Made by a program: the position numbers and the translations under genes. DNA of 64,000 nt. Origin: Acidimicrobiales bacterium. GTDB lineage: Bacteria > Actinomycetota > Acidimicrobiia > Acidimicrobiales > UBA8592. The stretch lies in NCBI GenBank assembly GCA_041636995.1, contig JBFKRY010000001.1, positions 1,482-65,481 on the forward strand, written 5' to 3'. Below, piece after piece: positions 8,069 through 18,136 of the stretch. Numbering within the stretch: position 1 is the first letter of the stretch; each line of letters starts with the position of its first letter. Below the pieces are notes generated by a model, which did not search any database, was not told the DNA's origin, and was given only the letters and a program-made list of their open reading frames with translations.

Positions 8069-9727
8069 TCAGGACCAGCCGTCGCCGCTCCAGCTGCCGC
8101 CGGCCCAGGTGGCGCCGCTCCAGCTGCCGCCGCTCCAGGAGCCGCCGGCCCAGGTGGCGCCGCTCCAGCTGCCGCCGCTCCACGAGCCGCCGCTCCAGCT
8201 GCCGCCGGCCCAGGTGGCGCCGCTCCAGCTGCCGCCGCTCCACGAGCCGCCGCTCCAGGAGCCGCCGGCCCAGGTGGCCCCGGCCCAGGTGCCGCCGGCC
8301 CAGCTGCCGCCCGACCAGCTCTGGTCGGTCCAGGCGGTCCCGAGGGCCTGGGCGGCGGCGTGGGCGGTGGAGTCGAAGTCGCCGCCGAAGGCGGTCATCT
8401 CGCCGTCGAGGTAGTCGCCTTCGGTGCCGACGTGGAAGCTGCCACGGGCGGCGTCGAGGCTGCCGCCACCGAGGGCCAGGTCGTGGGTCTGGATGGCTTC
8501 GAGTCCGGGGGTGGGGGCAGCCATCGCCGCCGCGAGGTTCAAGATGCCGGCGCCCTGCTGTTCGGCCGGGCGGGGGTCGCCCTTGTCGTTGCGCAGGCTG
8601 GTGGCGGTGCTGGTGAGCAGGTACTTGACCTGGTCGGGGGTGAGATCGGGGCGCTGCTCGAGGAGCATGGCCACCGCCCCCGAGACCACCGCCGCGGCTT
8701 GGGAGGTGCCCGAACCTCGCAGACGGAGCAGGCCGTCGTCGCCGACACAGGTGGCGTCGACGTAGGTGTCGGCCAGATAGGAGCCCTCGACGCCAAGGCT
8801 CAACACCGAGTCGCCGGGGGCGACCAGGTCGGGGTTGCGCACGCCGTCGGCCTTGGAGGACCAGTTGGGGACCCGCCAGCCGTCGAGAGAGTCGGCGTCG
8901 GTCTCGGCGCCGCCTACGGCGATCACATAGGGGTCGAGGGCAGGGTTGCCGAGGCGGTGAACGTTGCGGCCATCGTTGCCGCCCGCGACCACCACGACGA
9001 TGCCGTGATGCCAGGCGTTCTCCACCGCACGGGTGAGGGGGTCGCTGCGGTAGTCGACGTCGGCATCCGTGCCATAGGCCAGGTTGAGGACCCGGATGTC
9101 CATGCCGTCGGCGTCGCGGTTCTGGACCACCCAGTCGATCCCGGCGATCACCTGGGACACGTCGACGGTCCCGTCGGCGGCGCCGACCTTGACGTTGACC
9201 ACCCGGGCCTCGGGGGCCACGCCCCACTCGGTCGCAGTGTTGGTGGCGATGATGCCGGCCATGTTGGTCCCATGCCCGTGCAGATCACGATGCCGCAGAT
9301 TGTCCTGGAGGGCATCGAAGGACAGATCCGGACCATCGACCACCTCGTTGATGCCCACGGCGTTGACGCCGGTGTCGATCACCGCCACATCGACACCCGA
9401 ACCCATGATCGGCGCCGTCCGACCCTTGGGCTTGTGGAACCCATCGGCCCCGATCGCCACGTTGACGTCATGCAAGGTGGTCGTCTCGCCCGACAGCTCT
9501 GCGCAGGAGCTTCCCGACGACGAACCGCCGCCGCCTGGCTTGCCCTTGCCGGCGTGGGCGGGGACCGCCCCCACAAGAAGCGCTGCCACCATCACGAAGA
9601 TGGCGAGCACCATCGCCGGGGCCCAGCCCGCGAGCGTGAGTGCATGTGCACCGCCCGTCGGCTGACGGGTCCAGCTCGCCCCCTCGGGGTTCGGTCGGTT
9701 GATTCCGGGTCCGCTCTGGACTGCCAT
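8069..9727 (-). CDS. Secreted/membrane-anchored S8 (subtilisin-like) serine peptidase with a C-terminal Trp-pentapeptide repeat tail
   Basis: Catalytic triad contexts VAVIDTG, HGHGTNMAG, GSGTSQAAA. N-terminal hydrophobic segment MVLAIFVMVAALLVGAVPAHA. The ATG at 9727 has GGAGAG 8 nt upstream; an alternative GTG lies at 9769. Confidence 0.85.
   Translation of the reverse strand: MAVQSGPGINRPNPEGASWTRQPTGGAHALTLAGWAPAMVLAIFVMVAALLVGAVPAHAGKGKPGGGGSSSGSSCAELSGETTTLHDVNVAIGADGFHKPKGRTAPIMGSGVDVAVIDTGVNAVGINEVVDGPDLSFDALQDNLRHRDLHGHGTNMAGIIATNTATEWGVAPEARVVNVKVGAADGTVDVSQVIAGIDWVVQNRDADGMDIRVLNLAYGTDADVDYRSDPLTRAVENAWHHGIVVVVAGGNDGRNVHRLGNPALDPYVIAVGGAETDADSLDGWRVPNWSSKADGVRNPDLVAPGDSVLSLGVEGSYLADTYVDATCVGDDGLLRLRGSGTSQAAAVVSGAVAMLLEQRPDLTPDQVKYLLTSTATSLRNDKGDPRPAEQQGAGILNLAAAMAAPTPGLEAIQTHDLALGGGSLDAARGSFHVGTEGDYLDGEMTAFGGDFDSTAHAAAQALGTAWTDQSWSGGSWAGGTWAGATWAGGSWSGGSWSGGSWSGATWAGGSWSGGSWSGGSWSGATWAGGSWSGGSWSGATWAGGSWSGDGWS
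8072..8311 (-). repeat. Coding 15-nt tandem repeats (16 units) encoding G-[GA]-[ST]-W-[SA] pentapeptides
   Basis: Protein tail GGSWA GGTWA GATWA GGSWS GGSWS GGSWS GATWA GGSWS GGSWS GGSWS GATWA GGSWS GGSWS GATWA GGSWS GDGWS-stop. The matching ccagctgccgcc/ccaggtggcgcc periodicity is visible in the DNA. Confidence 0.9.
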
Positions 9728-9986
9728 TGGTTCGCTCTCCGTGAGTCGGGAGAACGCCGGTTTCGCCACTGACTCCCCCCGGGGCCAGGCGACCAGATAC
9801 AGCCACGGGGATCGACGTCTCGTTCCGAGAAATTCGGTGTCGAGACGCCATCGGAGGCGACCAGGAGGTGATGAAGGTCGCCGCGGGGGAATGAGACGCA
9901 GCGCTCAGGCCTGCGCCACCCTCGCCGGGTGGTCTCACCCAACGGGAGCGGGCGATGTGGCCCGGGCGGCGCCCGCCCGGGCTGGC

Positions 9987-10460
9987 TCAGCTGGCGGCGG
10001 CCACCTCGTCGAGCGCCTGGCCGAGGGTGTTCCAGGACAGGGTGGCGCACTTGATGCGAACCGGGAACTTCACCACGCCCCGCAGGGCTTCCAGATCGCC
10101 GAGATCGGCGTCGATCTGCTCGTCGAGCTGGCCGTCACTGTCGAGGCCGCTCTCGTGGATGCTCATCATCTGCTTGAACGCCCGGGTGAGCTCCCGCACC
10201 TCGTCGACCGACTTGCCCTTGATGGCCGCCGACATCATCGAGGCCGACGACTGGCTGATCGAGCAGCCCTGACCCCCGATCTTCACGTCGCTGACCACCC
10301 CGCCGTCGTCGACCTCGATGAAGACGACGATCTCGTCGCCGCAGAGCGGGTTGAAGCCCTCGGCCCTGGTGGCCGGTGGGGTCTCCAGCTCCCCGCGGTT
10401 CCGGGGCGACCGGTAGTGGTCCAGGATGATCTCGCGGTAGAGGTCTTCGAGCCCCGGCAT
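9987..10460 (-). CDS. sufU: SufU/NifU-like Fe-S cluster assembly sulfur-transfer/scaffold protein
   Basis: ATG at 10460. Product MPGLEDLYREIILDHYRSPRNRG...NPLCGDEI...GQGCSISQSSASMM...IKCATLSW. Confidence 0.85.
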   Translation of the reverse strand: MPGLEDLYREIILDHYRSPRNRGELETPPATRAEGFNPLCGDEIVVFIEVDDGGVVSDVKIGGQGCSISQSSASMMSAAIKGKSVDEVRELTRAFKQMMSIHESGLDSDGQLDEQIDADLGDLEALRGVVKFPVRIKCATLSWNTLGQALDEVAAAS

Positions 10461-10482
10461 CAGTCGCGTGCTCCTCGGTGGC

Positions 10483-11714
10483 TCACGAGCGGCTGAACAG
10501 CTCGGCCCCGCCCAGCGCCTCGACGAACACGTCGACATCGGCCTCGTCGTTGTAGACGTGGAGCGAGGCCCGAGTGGTGGCCCCGACGCCGAGCACTTGC
10601 ATCAACGGCTTGGCGCAGTGGTGCCCGGCCCGGACGCAGACGTTGTGGTGGTCGAGCACCTGGGCGACATCGTGGGGGTGGACGTCGTTGTAGGCGAAGC
10701 TGATGACCCCGCCGCGGGCGGCGGGCTCGGGCGGCCCGTGGATGGTGATCCTGTCGCCGTGGCACTCGTGCAGCCGCCGCAGGGTGTAGGCGGTGAGGCC
10801 GACCTCGTGCTCGCGCACCGCCTCCATGCCGATGGCCGACAGGTAGTCGACCGCGGCGCCCAGGCCCACGGCCTCGGCCACCATCGGGGTGCCCGCTTCG
10901 AACTTCCAGGGCAGCTCGTTGGTGGTGAACCCCTCCTTGGTGACGTTGAGGATCATCTCGCCGCCGCCCAGGAAGGGGGGTATGGCGTCGAGCAGCTCCT
11001 GGCGGCCCCACAGGACCCCGATGCCCATCGGCCCCAGCATCTTGTGGCCCGTGAACGCCACGAAGTCCGCGCCCATGGCCTGCACGTCGGTGGGGATGTG
11101 GGGTACCCACTGGCTGGCGTCGAGCAGCGTCAACGCTCCCGCGGCCCGGGCCCGCTCGGCCAGCTCGCACACCGGGTTGATGGTGCCCAGCACGTTCGAC
11201 ATGGCTGCGACGGCCAGCATCTTGGCCCCGTCGAGCAGCACGTCGAGGTCGGTGAGATCCAGCTGGCCGTCGGCGTCGATGGGGATCCAGCGCAGCTCGA
11301 TGCCGCGCTCGGCGGCCAGCATGTGCCAGGGCACGATGTTGGCGTGGTGCTCCATCTCGCTGAGGACCACGGCGTCGCCGGCCCGGAGGTTGGCGCCACC
11401 CCAGGCGCGGACCACCAGGTTGATGGCCTCGGTGGCGTTCTTGGTGAAGATCACCTCGCGGCGGTCGGCGGCACCGATGAACGCCCGGACCTTGTCCCGG
11501 GACTGCTCGAGGGCCTCGGTGGCCTCGACCGCCAGCTGGTAGGACCCCCGGTGCACATTGGCGTTGCGGATCTCGTAGTAGTCGGCCATGGCGTCGATGA
11601 CCGCCTGCGGCTTCTGAGAGGTGTTGGCCGAGTCGAGGTACACCAGGCGCTGGTCGTTGATCCGCCGTCCCAGGATGGGGAAGTCGGCCTGGATGGACGC
11701 AACGTCGAGGCCGC

Positions 11715-11718
<4 letters not shown>
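10483..11718 (-). CDS. sufS: Cysteine desulfurase SufS
   Basis: ATG at 11718 forms an ATGA overlap with the sufC stop (11715). Class V aminotransferase pattern: ...YLDSANTSQKP..., FTGHKMLGPMGIGVL (PLP Lys), RAGHHCAKPL (active-site Cys). Confidence 0.9.
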
Positions 11719-12461
<743 letters not shown>

Positions 12462-12487
12462 ACCGGAAGTCTATTCGCCGGCTCGGA

Positions 12488-12904
12488 TTAACACTGTCTC
12501 GATAGTGGAAAACCACCGGTCCCGGAATCGAGCAGGTCCTCCTTCCACGCCCGGAACCGGTCGTGGTGACGGCCGCTGGGTCCGATGCCCGACGCCGAGC
12601 CATCGGGATGGAGGTCGAGGGTGAGCACCCGGGTGGGGTCGTCGCTGGCCACGGCCACGTAGCGGGCTCGTTCCCCCCGGGCCGGCCCCGCTCGCCACAG
12701 GAGCCAGCCGCCGATCCGGCGCTTGTAGGCGATCTTGTCCTGACCGATGTCGTCGCCCGCCCGCAGCAGGGCCTCGGGGGCCTCGATCCAGGCCGATGCC
12801 GGGATGTTGCGATCCCGGATGGGCGTGGCCGGCAGGTCGGCGGTGTGGACGGGGGTGTGGTCGAATGGGCGCTCGTCGGCCGGCAGCGCCGCCCGCTCGC
12901 TCAC
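12488..12904 (-). CDS. Hypothetical protein
   Basis: GTG at 12904 overlaps the stop of the upstream MBL-fold gene (GTGA). It corresponds to the tail of ORF 12488..13357. No motif recognised. Confidence 0.4.
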   Translation of the reverse strand: MSERAALPADERPFDHTPVHTADLPATPIRDRNIPASAWIEAPEALLRAGDDIGQDKIAYKRRIGGWLLWRAGPARGERARYVAVASDDPTRVLTLDLHPDGSASGIGPSGRHHDRFRAWKEDLLDSGTGGFPLSRQC

Positions 12905-13509
12905 CAGCCGCGCTCGATCCAGTCGTCGAGCGAGGGACGCTCGGCGCCGATGGTGGTGTCGAGGCCGTGGCCGGGCAGGACCAGGGTGTCGGCGGGGAGG
13001 GTGAACAGCCGGCGGTCGATGGACCGGATGATGGTGTCGAAGTCGCCCCCCTCGTACTGGGTGGCGCCGGGACCGCCGGGGAACAGGGTGTCGCCGCTGA
13101 AGAGCACCGGCGAGCCCTCGAGCTCGAAGCACATCGACCCCGGGGTGTGGCCGGGGGTATGAATGGTGTGGAGCCGCAGCCGGCCCACCTCGATGACGCT
13201 GTCGTCCTCGAGGATCTCGTCGTAGGAGTCGAGCATGTGGGCGTCCTGCTCGGTGACGTGGACCGAGTACCCGGCGTCGCGTATCTCCGGCACCGCCTGG
13301 ATGTGGTCCCAGTGCCCGTGGGTCTCCAGGACCTGGCGCACCCCGAGGTTCTGGCACAGCTCGAGCAGCAGCTCGTGCTCGTTGGCGGCGTCGAGGAGGA
13401 CGGCGTCGCCGGTCTCACGGCAGCGCAGGACGAACACGTTGTTGTCGTAGGGGCCGACGACCACCTTGTGGATCTCGGCGGCGGTGTCCTTGTAGTGCAG
13501 CGTGTCCAT
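12901..13509 (-). CDS. MBL-fold metallo-hydrolase (glyoxalase II-like)
   Basis: Metal-binding motif THGHWDH, then HTPGHTPGS and LPGHG. 202 aa. Confidence 0.85.
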   Translation of the reverse strand: MDTLHYKDTAAEIHKVVVGPYDNNVFVLRCRETGDAVLLDAANEHELLLELCQNLGVRQVLETHGHWDHIQAVPEIRDAGYSVHVTEQDAHMLDSYDEILEDDSVIEVGRLRLHTIHTPGHTPGSMCFELEGSPVLFSGDTLFPGGPGATQYEGGDFDTIIRSIDRRLFTLPADTLVLPGHGLDTTIGAERPSLDDWIERGW

Positions 13510-13550
13510 GTCTCCATCGTAGGCAGTATCTACCGCAGGCAGTTCCTATC

Positions 13551-14066
13551 GTGGGAATGGTGTGGGTGTTCGCCGCCGTGGGCGCGGTCCTGGTCGTGCT
13601 GGTCGCCTGGTTCGCGGTCACCCTGGTCACCACCAGGTTGAACGCCACCCCGGCGATGGCGGTCTTCGACATCGAGGAGGCCACCGAGTACGTGGCCGAG
13701 AACCTTCCAGACCGGGTGGCCGCCCGGCTGTCGCACGACGACGTGCGGCTGCTGCTCCGCTGGGAGCTGACCTACTGGCGCGAGCGGGGGGTGGCGTCCT
13801 ACGGCGGGGTGGATCACGCGGCCGAGGACGCCGCCCGGCGGGGCCGGTCGGTGGTGGCCGACGAGGACGAGCTGGTGGACGAGCTGCTCGCCCGAGCCCG
13901 CGAGGACGGTCTCGACTGCGACGCGGTGGACATCGTGTGCGTCACCGACCTCGCAGCGGACTACCTGGCCGCCATCGGCGCCATCGGCGGGCCCGTGGAC
14001 CTGCGTGGGGCCATCGGCCCGGGCGACGAGTCGCCGGGGGAGGAGCCCCCGGGAGAAATTGCCTGA
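13551..14066 (+). CDS. Hypothetical membrane-anchored protein
   Basis: N-terminal TM segment VWVFAAVGAVLVVLVAWFAVTLV followed by an acidic soluble region. Codon third positions are GC-rich. Confidence 0.5.
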   Translation: MGMVWVFAAVGAVLVVLVAWFAVTLVTTRLNATPAMAVFDIEEATEYVAENLPDRVAARLSHDDVRLLLRWELTYWRERGVASYGGVDHAAEDAARRGRSVVADEDELVDELLARAREDGLDCDAVDIVCVTDLAADYLAAIGAIGGPVDLRGAIGPGDESPGEEPPGEIA

Positions 14067-14306
14067 AAGGTGCGCCCGTACGGGGACGGGTGTGGTTTCA
14101 TGGGTGCACCAAAGAAAGGAGGTGGTCCAAATCTGTAGCAAAGCATTTGGGACTGCGGAGGTGGCCGGCCGCTAGGTGGCCCCCTGGACTCACCTGGTGA
14201 ATCACCACTGGTACACCGCCGGGAACGACGGCCGGAACCTTGTCCCGTCCGGCACCGGCCGATCCGTCGGCCAGCAACGTCACCCGGACCTTCCAGGAAT
14301 CTTGTC

Positions 14307-14336
14307 GACGAGGGGGTCCTCCGGGGCCCCCTCGTC
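14307..14336. other. Very stable GC-rich hairpin in an otherwise unexplained intergenic region
   Basis: GACGAGGGGG (14307-14316) pairs perfectly with CCCCCTCGTC (14327-14336). Inner bases can extend the stem around a tccg loop. No U-tract on either strand. Confidence 0.4.
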
Positions 14337-14365
14337 TGGCGTCCGGGGCAGTACTGTGGGCGGCC

Positions 14366-14557
14366 ATGGATCGGCCCGCTCGTGTCCACGGCCACCGGTG
14401 GCTCGGTGACAAGCGCACCCAGATCGTCTACGACCTCGACGAGGTGGAGGACGACCAGGTGATCGAGGAGCTGATGGCGTCCGAGCAGTATCTGGTGTTC
14501 GGCCCCGACACCCTGGCCGAGGCCCGCAACCGGGGCTACCGACACCGCTCGGTCTGA
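14366..14557 (+). CDS. Small hypothetical protein (63 aa)
   Basis: ATG at 14366 within ORF 14240..14557. Product MDRPARVHGHRWLGDKRTQIVYDLDEVEDDQVIEELMASEQYLVFGPDTLAEARNRGYRHRSV. Confidence 0.45.
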   Translation: MDRPARVHGHRWLGDKRTQIVYDLDEVEDDQVIEELMASEQYLVFGPDTLAEARNRGYRHRSV

Positions 14558-14567
14558 GGGAAGCCGC

Positions 14568-15329
14568 ATGCTGTTCGATCTCGAGTCCGACGGGCTGCGA
14601 CTGATCGGGCAGCTGGCGCGCCCCGAGCGCATCGGTCCCCGGGGGGTGCCCGGCCTGGTGATCTGCCACGGGTTCCCCACCAGGTCCGGCCACGAGGACG
14701 CCGGCTGGTCCTACTACGAGCTGGCCGCGCGGGTCGCCGAGGAGCTGGGGTGGATGGCCCTGGCCTTCACCTACCGGGGCTGCGGCGACTCCGAGGGCGA
14801 CTTCTCGCTCGGCGGATGGCTGCGAGACGTGCACACCGCCACCGGCCATCTGGCGGGCATGGACGACGTGAACGGGGTCTGGCTCGCCGGGTTCGGCACC
14901 GGCGGGGCCCTGGCCATCGTGGCCGCCGCCGAGGATCCGTCGATCCGTGGCGTGGCTGCGGTTGCCCCACCGGCGGACTTCGACGACTGGGTGGCGGCGC
15001 CCGAGGGACTGCTGGCCCATGCTCGGGCGGTGGGCGCCGTACGCGACCCCGACTTCCCCGCCGACCCGGCCGCCTGGGCGGACGAGCTCAAGTCGATCAG
15101 CGCCCATGCCGCCGTGTCCCACCTCGCCGAACGCCCGCTGCTGCTGCTCCACGGCGGCGAGGACGAGGTGGTGCCGGTCTTCGACGCCCGGGTGCTGGCC
15201 GACGAGCACGGGAGCGCCGACCTTCGCATCATCTCGGGTGCCGGGCACCGGCTGCGCTTCGACCCCCGGGCCATCGCCGTCTTCCTGGGCTGGATCGACC
15301 GGGCCGGCACCAGCACCACCGCCGCCTGA
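14568..15329 (+). CDS. Alpha/beta-hydrolase-fold protein with Gly in place of the nucleophile Ser
   Basis: Fold pattern ...LVICHGFP..., nucleophile-elbow position reads GFGTGG (nt 14889-14906), then LLLLHGGEDEVVP and GAGHRL. Confidence 0.75.
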   Translation: MLFDLESDGLRLIGQLARPERIGPRGVPGLVICHGFPTRSGHEDAGWSYYELAARVAEELGWMALAFTYRGCGDSEGDFSLGGWLRDVHTATGHLAGMDDVNGVWLAGFGTGGALAIVAAAEDPSIRGVAAVAPPADFDDWVAAPEGLLAHARAVGAVRDPDFPADPAAWADELKSISAHAAVSHLAERPLLLLHGGEDEVVPVFDARVLADEHGSADLRIISGAGHRLRFDPRAIAVFLGWIDRAGTSTTAA

Positions 15330-15356
15330 GCCTCGCGGGTCGGGCTCGGGCGCGGC

Positions 15357-18059
15357 TCAGGTCACGTCGTAGGTCGCCGGGTTGGGGGCGTCGGGGTCGA
15401 TGCCGTACCGGGCGATGGCGTCGGCGACCACCGAGGGGTCGACGGAGCCCTCGCCGGCCAGGCCGGCGAGGACCGCGACCACCACGTGGGGCATGTCGAC
15501 CTCGAAGAACGCCCGGAGGGCCTCCCGGGTGTCGGAGCGCCCGTAGCCGTCGGTTCCGAGCGGGGTGAAGGCGCGCGGGGCCCAGCGGGAGATCTGGTCG
15601 GGCACCGAGGCCATGTAGTCGGTGACCGCGACGATGGGGCCGTCGCTCTCGGAGAGCTTGGAGGTCACCTCCGGGACCCGGCGGTCGCCGCCGGGATGGA
15701 GGCGGTTCCACCGCTCGGCGTCGAGGGCCTCCTCGCGGAGGCGCTTGTAGCTGGTGACGCTCCAGAGGGCGGCACCCACGTCGTAGTGCTCGGCCAGCTC
15801 GGCCTGGGCGTGGCGGGCTGCCGCATGGGCCGGTCCCGAGAACAGGATCGTGGCCTGCCGCGGGGCTCGGGGGGCGTCGGCCCACTTGTACATGCCGCTG
15901 ACGATGTCCTCGTCGGAGACGTGGCCGGCCTGGGCCGGCATGTCGTAGTTCTCGTTGTAGATGGTGATGTAGTAGAAGACGTCCTCGCCGCCGTGGGGCC
16001 CGTACATGCGCTGGAGGCCGTGCGAGATGATCGAGCCCAGCTCGTACGCGAAGGCGGGGTCGTAGGCCTGGCAGGCCGGGACCGTCGACGCCAGGACCAG
16101 GCTGTGCCCGTCCTGGTGCTGCAGGCCCTCGCCGGCCAGGGTGGTGCGCCCGGCGGTGGCCCCCATCAGGAACCCCCGGGCCCGGGAGTCGGCGGCCGAC
16201 CAGATCAGGTCACCCACCCGCTGGAACCCGAACATGGAGTAGAAGGTGTAGAAGGGCACCATCGGTACGCCGAGGTTGGCGTAGCTGGTGGCCGCGGCGG
16301 TCCAGCTGGCGAGGGAGCCGGCCTCGGTGATGCCTTCCTCGAGGATCTGGCCGTCCTTGTCCTCGGCGTAGCTGAGGAGCAGGTCGTGGTCGACGGGCTC
16401 GTACAGCTGGCCCAGCGGTGCGTAGATCTCGAACTCGCGGAACAGGCTGTCCATGCCGAAGGTCCGGGCCTCGTCGGGGACGATCGGGACCACCCGGGAG
16501 CCGAGCTTCTCGTCGCGCATCAGGTTCCGCAGCACCGACGTGAACACCATCGTGGTCGACACCTCTCGGCCGCCCGAGCCCTCGTCGTACTCGGCGAAGA
16601 TCTTGGGATCGGGCAGCTCCAGCGGTCGGCGGGTGCGGATCACCCGCCTGGGGACCGGCCCGTCGAGGGCCCGGCGCCGGTCCATCATGTACTGGTAGAT
16701 GGGGGAGTCCTCCGGCGGCCGGTAGTACGGGGGCAGCTCGGCGTCGAACCCCTCCTCGGGGATCTCGTCCTCGAGGTAGAGCCGCTGGCGCAGCTCGAGC
16801 AGCTGGGCCTTGGTCATCTTCTTGATCTGGTGGGTGGCGTTGCGGCCCTCGAAGCCCTCGCCCAGCGTCCAGCCCTTGATGGTCTTGGCCAGGATGACCG
16901 TGGGCGAGCCCACGTTCTCCACCGCGGCCTTGTACGCCGCGTAGACCTTCTCGTAGTCGTGGCCGCCGCGAGGCAGGTCGCGGAGCTCCTCGTCGCTGAG
17001 GTGAGCCACCATGTGGCGCAGCCGGGGGTCGGGACCGAAGAAGTGCTCCCTGACGTAGGCGCCGGACTCGACCGCCAGGCGCTGGTACTCGCCGTCGACG
17101 GTGCTGTTGAGCTTGTTGAGGAGCACCCCGTCGACGTCACGCTGGAGCAGCTCGTCCCAGCGGGACCCCCAGATGACCTTGATCACGTTCCAGCCGGCGC
17201 CCCGGAAGATGCTCTCGAGCTCCTGGATGATGTTGCCGTTGCCCCGGACCGGGCCGTCGAGGCGCTGCAGGTTGCAGTTGACCACCCAGATCAGGTTGTC
17301 GAGGTGCGAGCGGCCCGCCAGCGAGATGGCGCCCAGGGTCTCGGGCTCGTCGCACTCGCCGTCGCCCAGGAAGCACCACAGCTTGCTGGCGGAGGTGTCG
17401 TCGATGTGCCGGTCGGTGAGGTAGCGGTTGAACCGGGCGTGGTAGATGGAGTTGATGGGCCCGAGCCCCATCGAGACCGTGGGGAACTCCCAGAAGTGGG
17501 GCATGAGCCGGGGGTGGGGGTACGACGACAGGCCCTTGCCGCCGATCTCGAGGCGGAAGTGGTCGAGGTGCTCCTCGCTGAGCCGGCCCTCCAGGTACGC
17601 GCGGGCGTAGACGCCAGGCGCGGCATGGCCCTGGAAGTAGATGTGGTCGCCGGGCAGGCCGTCGTCCTTGCCCCGGAAGAACCAGTTGAAGCCCACCTCG
17701 TAGAGCGACGCCGAGCTGGCGAAGGTCGAGAGGTGGCCGCCGATGCCCTCGGCGAGCTTGTTGGCCCGGATGACCATGATCGCGGCGTTCCAGCGGATGA
17801 AGGCCCGGATCCGCCGCTCGATGAAGCCGTCGCCGGGGAAGAACGGCTGGTCCTCGCGCGGGATGGTGTTGACGTAGGGCGTGGACACCAGGGGGGCGTT
17901 GCCCACCTGCAGCTCCTGGGAGCGTTCGAGGAGCTTGGCCACGATGTAGCGGGCGCGGACCTTCCCCCGGGAGGCGACCAGGGCGTCGAGGGAGTCGACC
18001 CACTCCTTGGTCTCGCCCGCGTCGATGTCGGGCAGCTGCCGGGTGAAGTGGTCGGGCAT
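15357..18059 (-). CDS. aceE: Pyruvate dehydrogenase E1 component, homodimeric type
   Basis: 900 aa. N-terminus ...DIDAGETKEWVDSLDALV... and full-length AceE-like sequence (GHLSTFASSASLYEVGFNWFF, FLGDGECDEPE). Confidence 0.9.
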   Translation of the reverse strand: MPDHFTRQLPDIDAGETKEWVDSLDALVASRGKVRARYIVAKLLERSQELQVGNAPLVSTPYVNTIPREDQPFFPGDGFIERRIRAFIRWNAAIMVIRANKLAEGIGGHLSTFASSASLYEVGFNWFFRGKDDGLPGDHIYFQGHAAPGVYARAYLEGRLSEEHLDHFRLEIGGKGLSSYPHPRLMPHFWEFPTVSMGLGPINSIYHARFNRYLTDRHIDDTSASKLWCFLGDGECDEPETLGAISLAGRSHLDNLIWVVNCNLQRLDGPVRGNGNIIQELESIFRGAGWNVIKVIWGSRWDELLQRDVDGVLLNKLNSTVDGEYQRLAVESGAYVREHFFGPDPRLRHMVAHLSDEELRDLPRGGHDYEKVYAAYKAAVENVGSPTVILAKTIKGWTLGEGFEGRNATHQIKKMTKAQLLELRQRLYLEDEIPEEGFDAELPPYYRPPEDSPIYQYMMDRRRALDGPVPRRVIRTRRPLELPDPKIFAEYDEGSGGREVSTTMVFTSVLRNLMRDEKLGSRVVPIVPDEARTFGMDSLFREFEIYAPLGQLYEPVDHDLLLSYAEDKDGQILEEGITEAGSLASWTAAATSYANLGVPMVPFYTFYSMFGFQRVGDLIWSAADSRARGFLMGATAGRTTLAGEGLQHQDGHSLVLASTVPACQAYDPAFAYELGSIISHGLQRMYGPHGGEDVFYYITIYNENYDMPAQAGHVSDEDIVSGMYKWADAPRAPRQATILFSGPAHAAARHAQAELAEHYDVGAALWSVTSYKRLREEALDAERWNRLHPGGDRRVPEVTSKLSESDGPIVAVTDYMASVPDQISRWAPRAFTPLGTDGYGRSDTREALRAFFEVDMPHVVVAVLAGLAGEGSVDPSVVADAIARYGIDPDAPNPATYDVT

Positions 18060-18136
18060 GCCTCATCCTCCCATGGATGCACAGGTACACGTGAGAACAT
18101 GTCGAGTATGGCCTTTGTTTCCGGGTCCCCGCCTCG

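Noticed and set aside
7990-8616. Arg/Ser/Cys-rich repeat ORFs (RRSSCRR…) and Pro/Leu/Gln repeat ORF 8109-8414 on the plus strand
   Set aside because: They are antisense or alternate frames of the protease's Trp-pentapeptide repeat region. The protease frame is continuous with a clear S8 catalytic domain.
18060-18136. Operator-like palindromes in the aceE / RNase H divergent region
   Set aside because: Only short, weak palindromes (e.g. acatgt, cacgtg) were found. There is no repeated or extended symmetry comparable to the arrays at 45741-45788 or 58569-58640.
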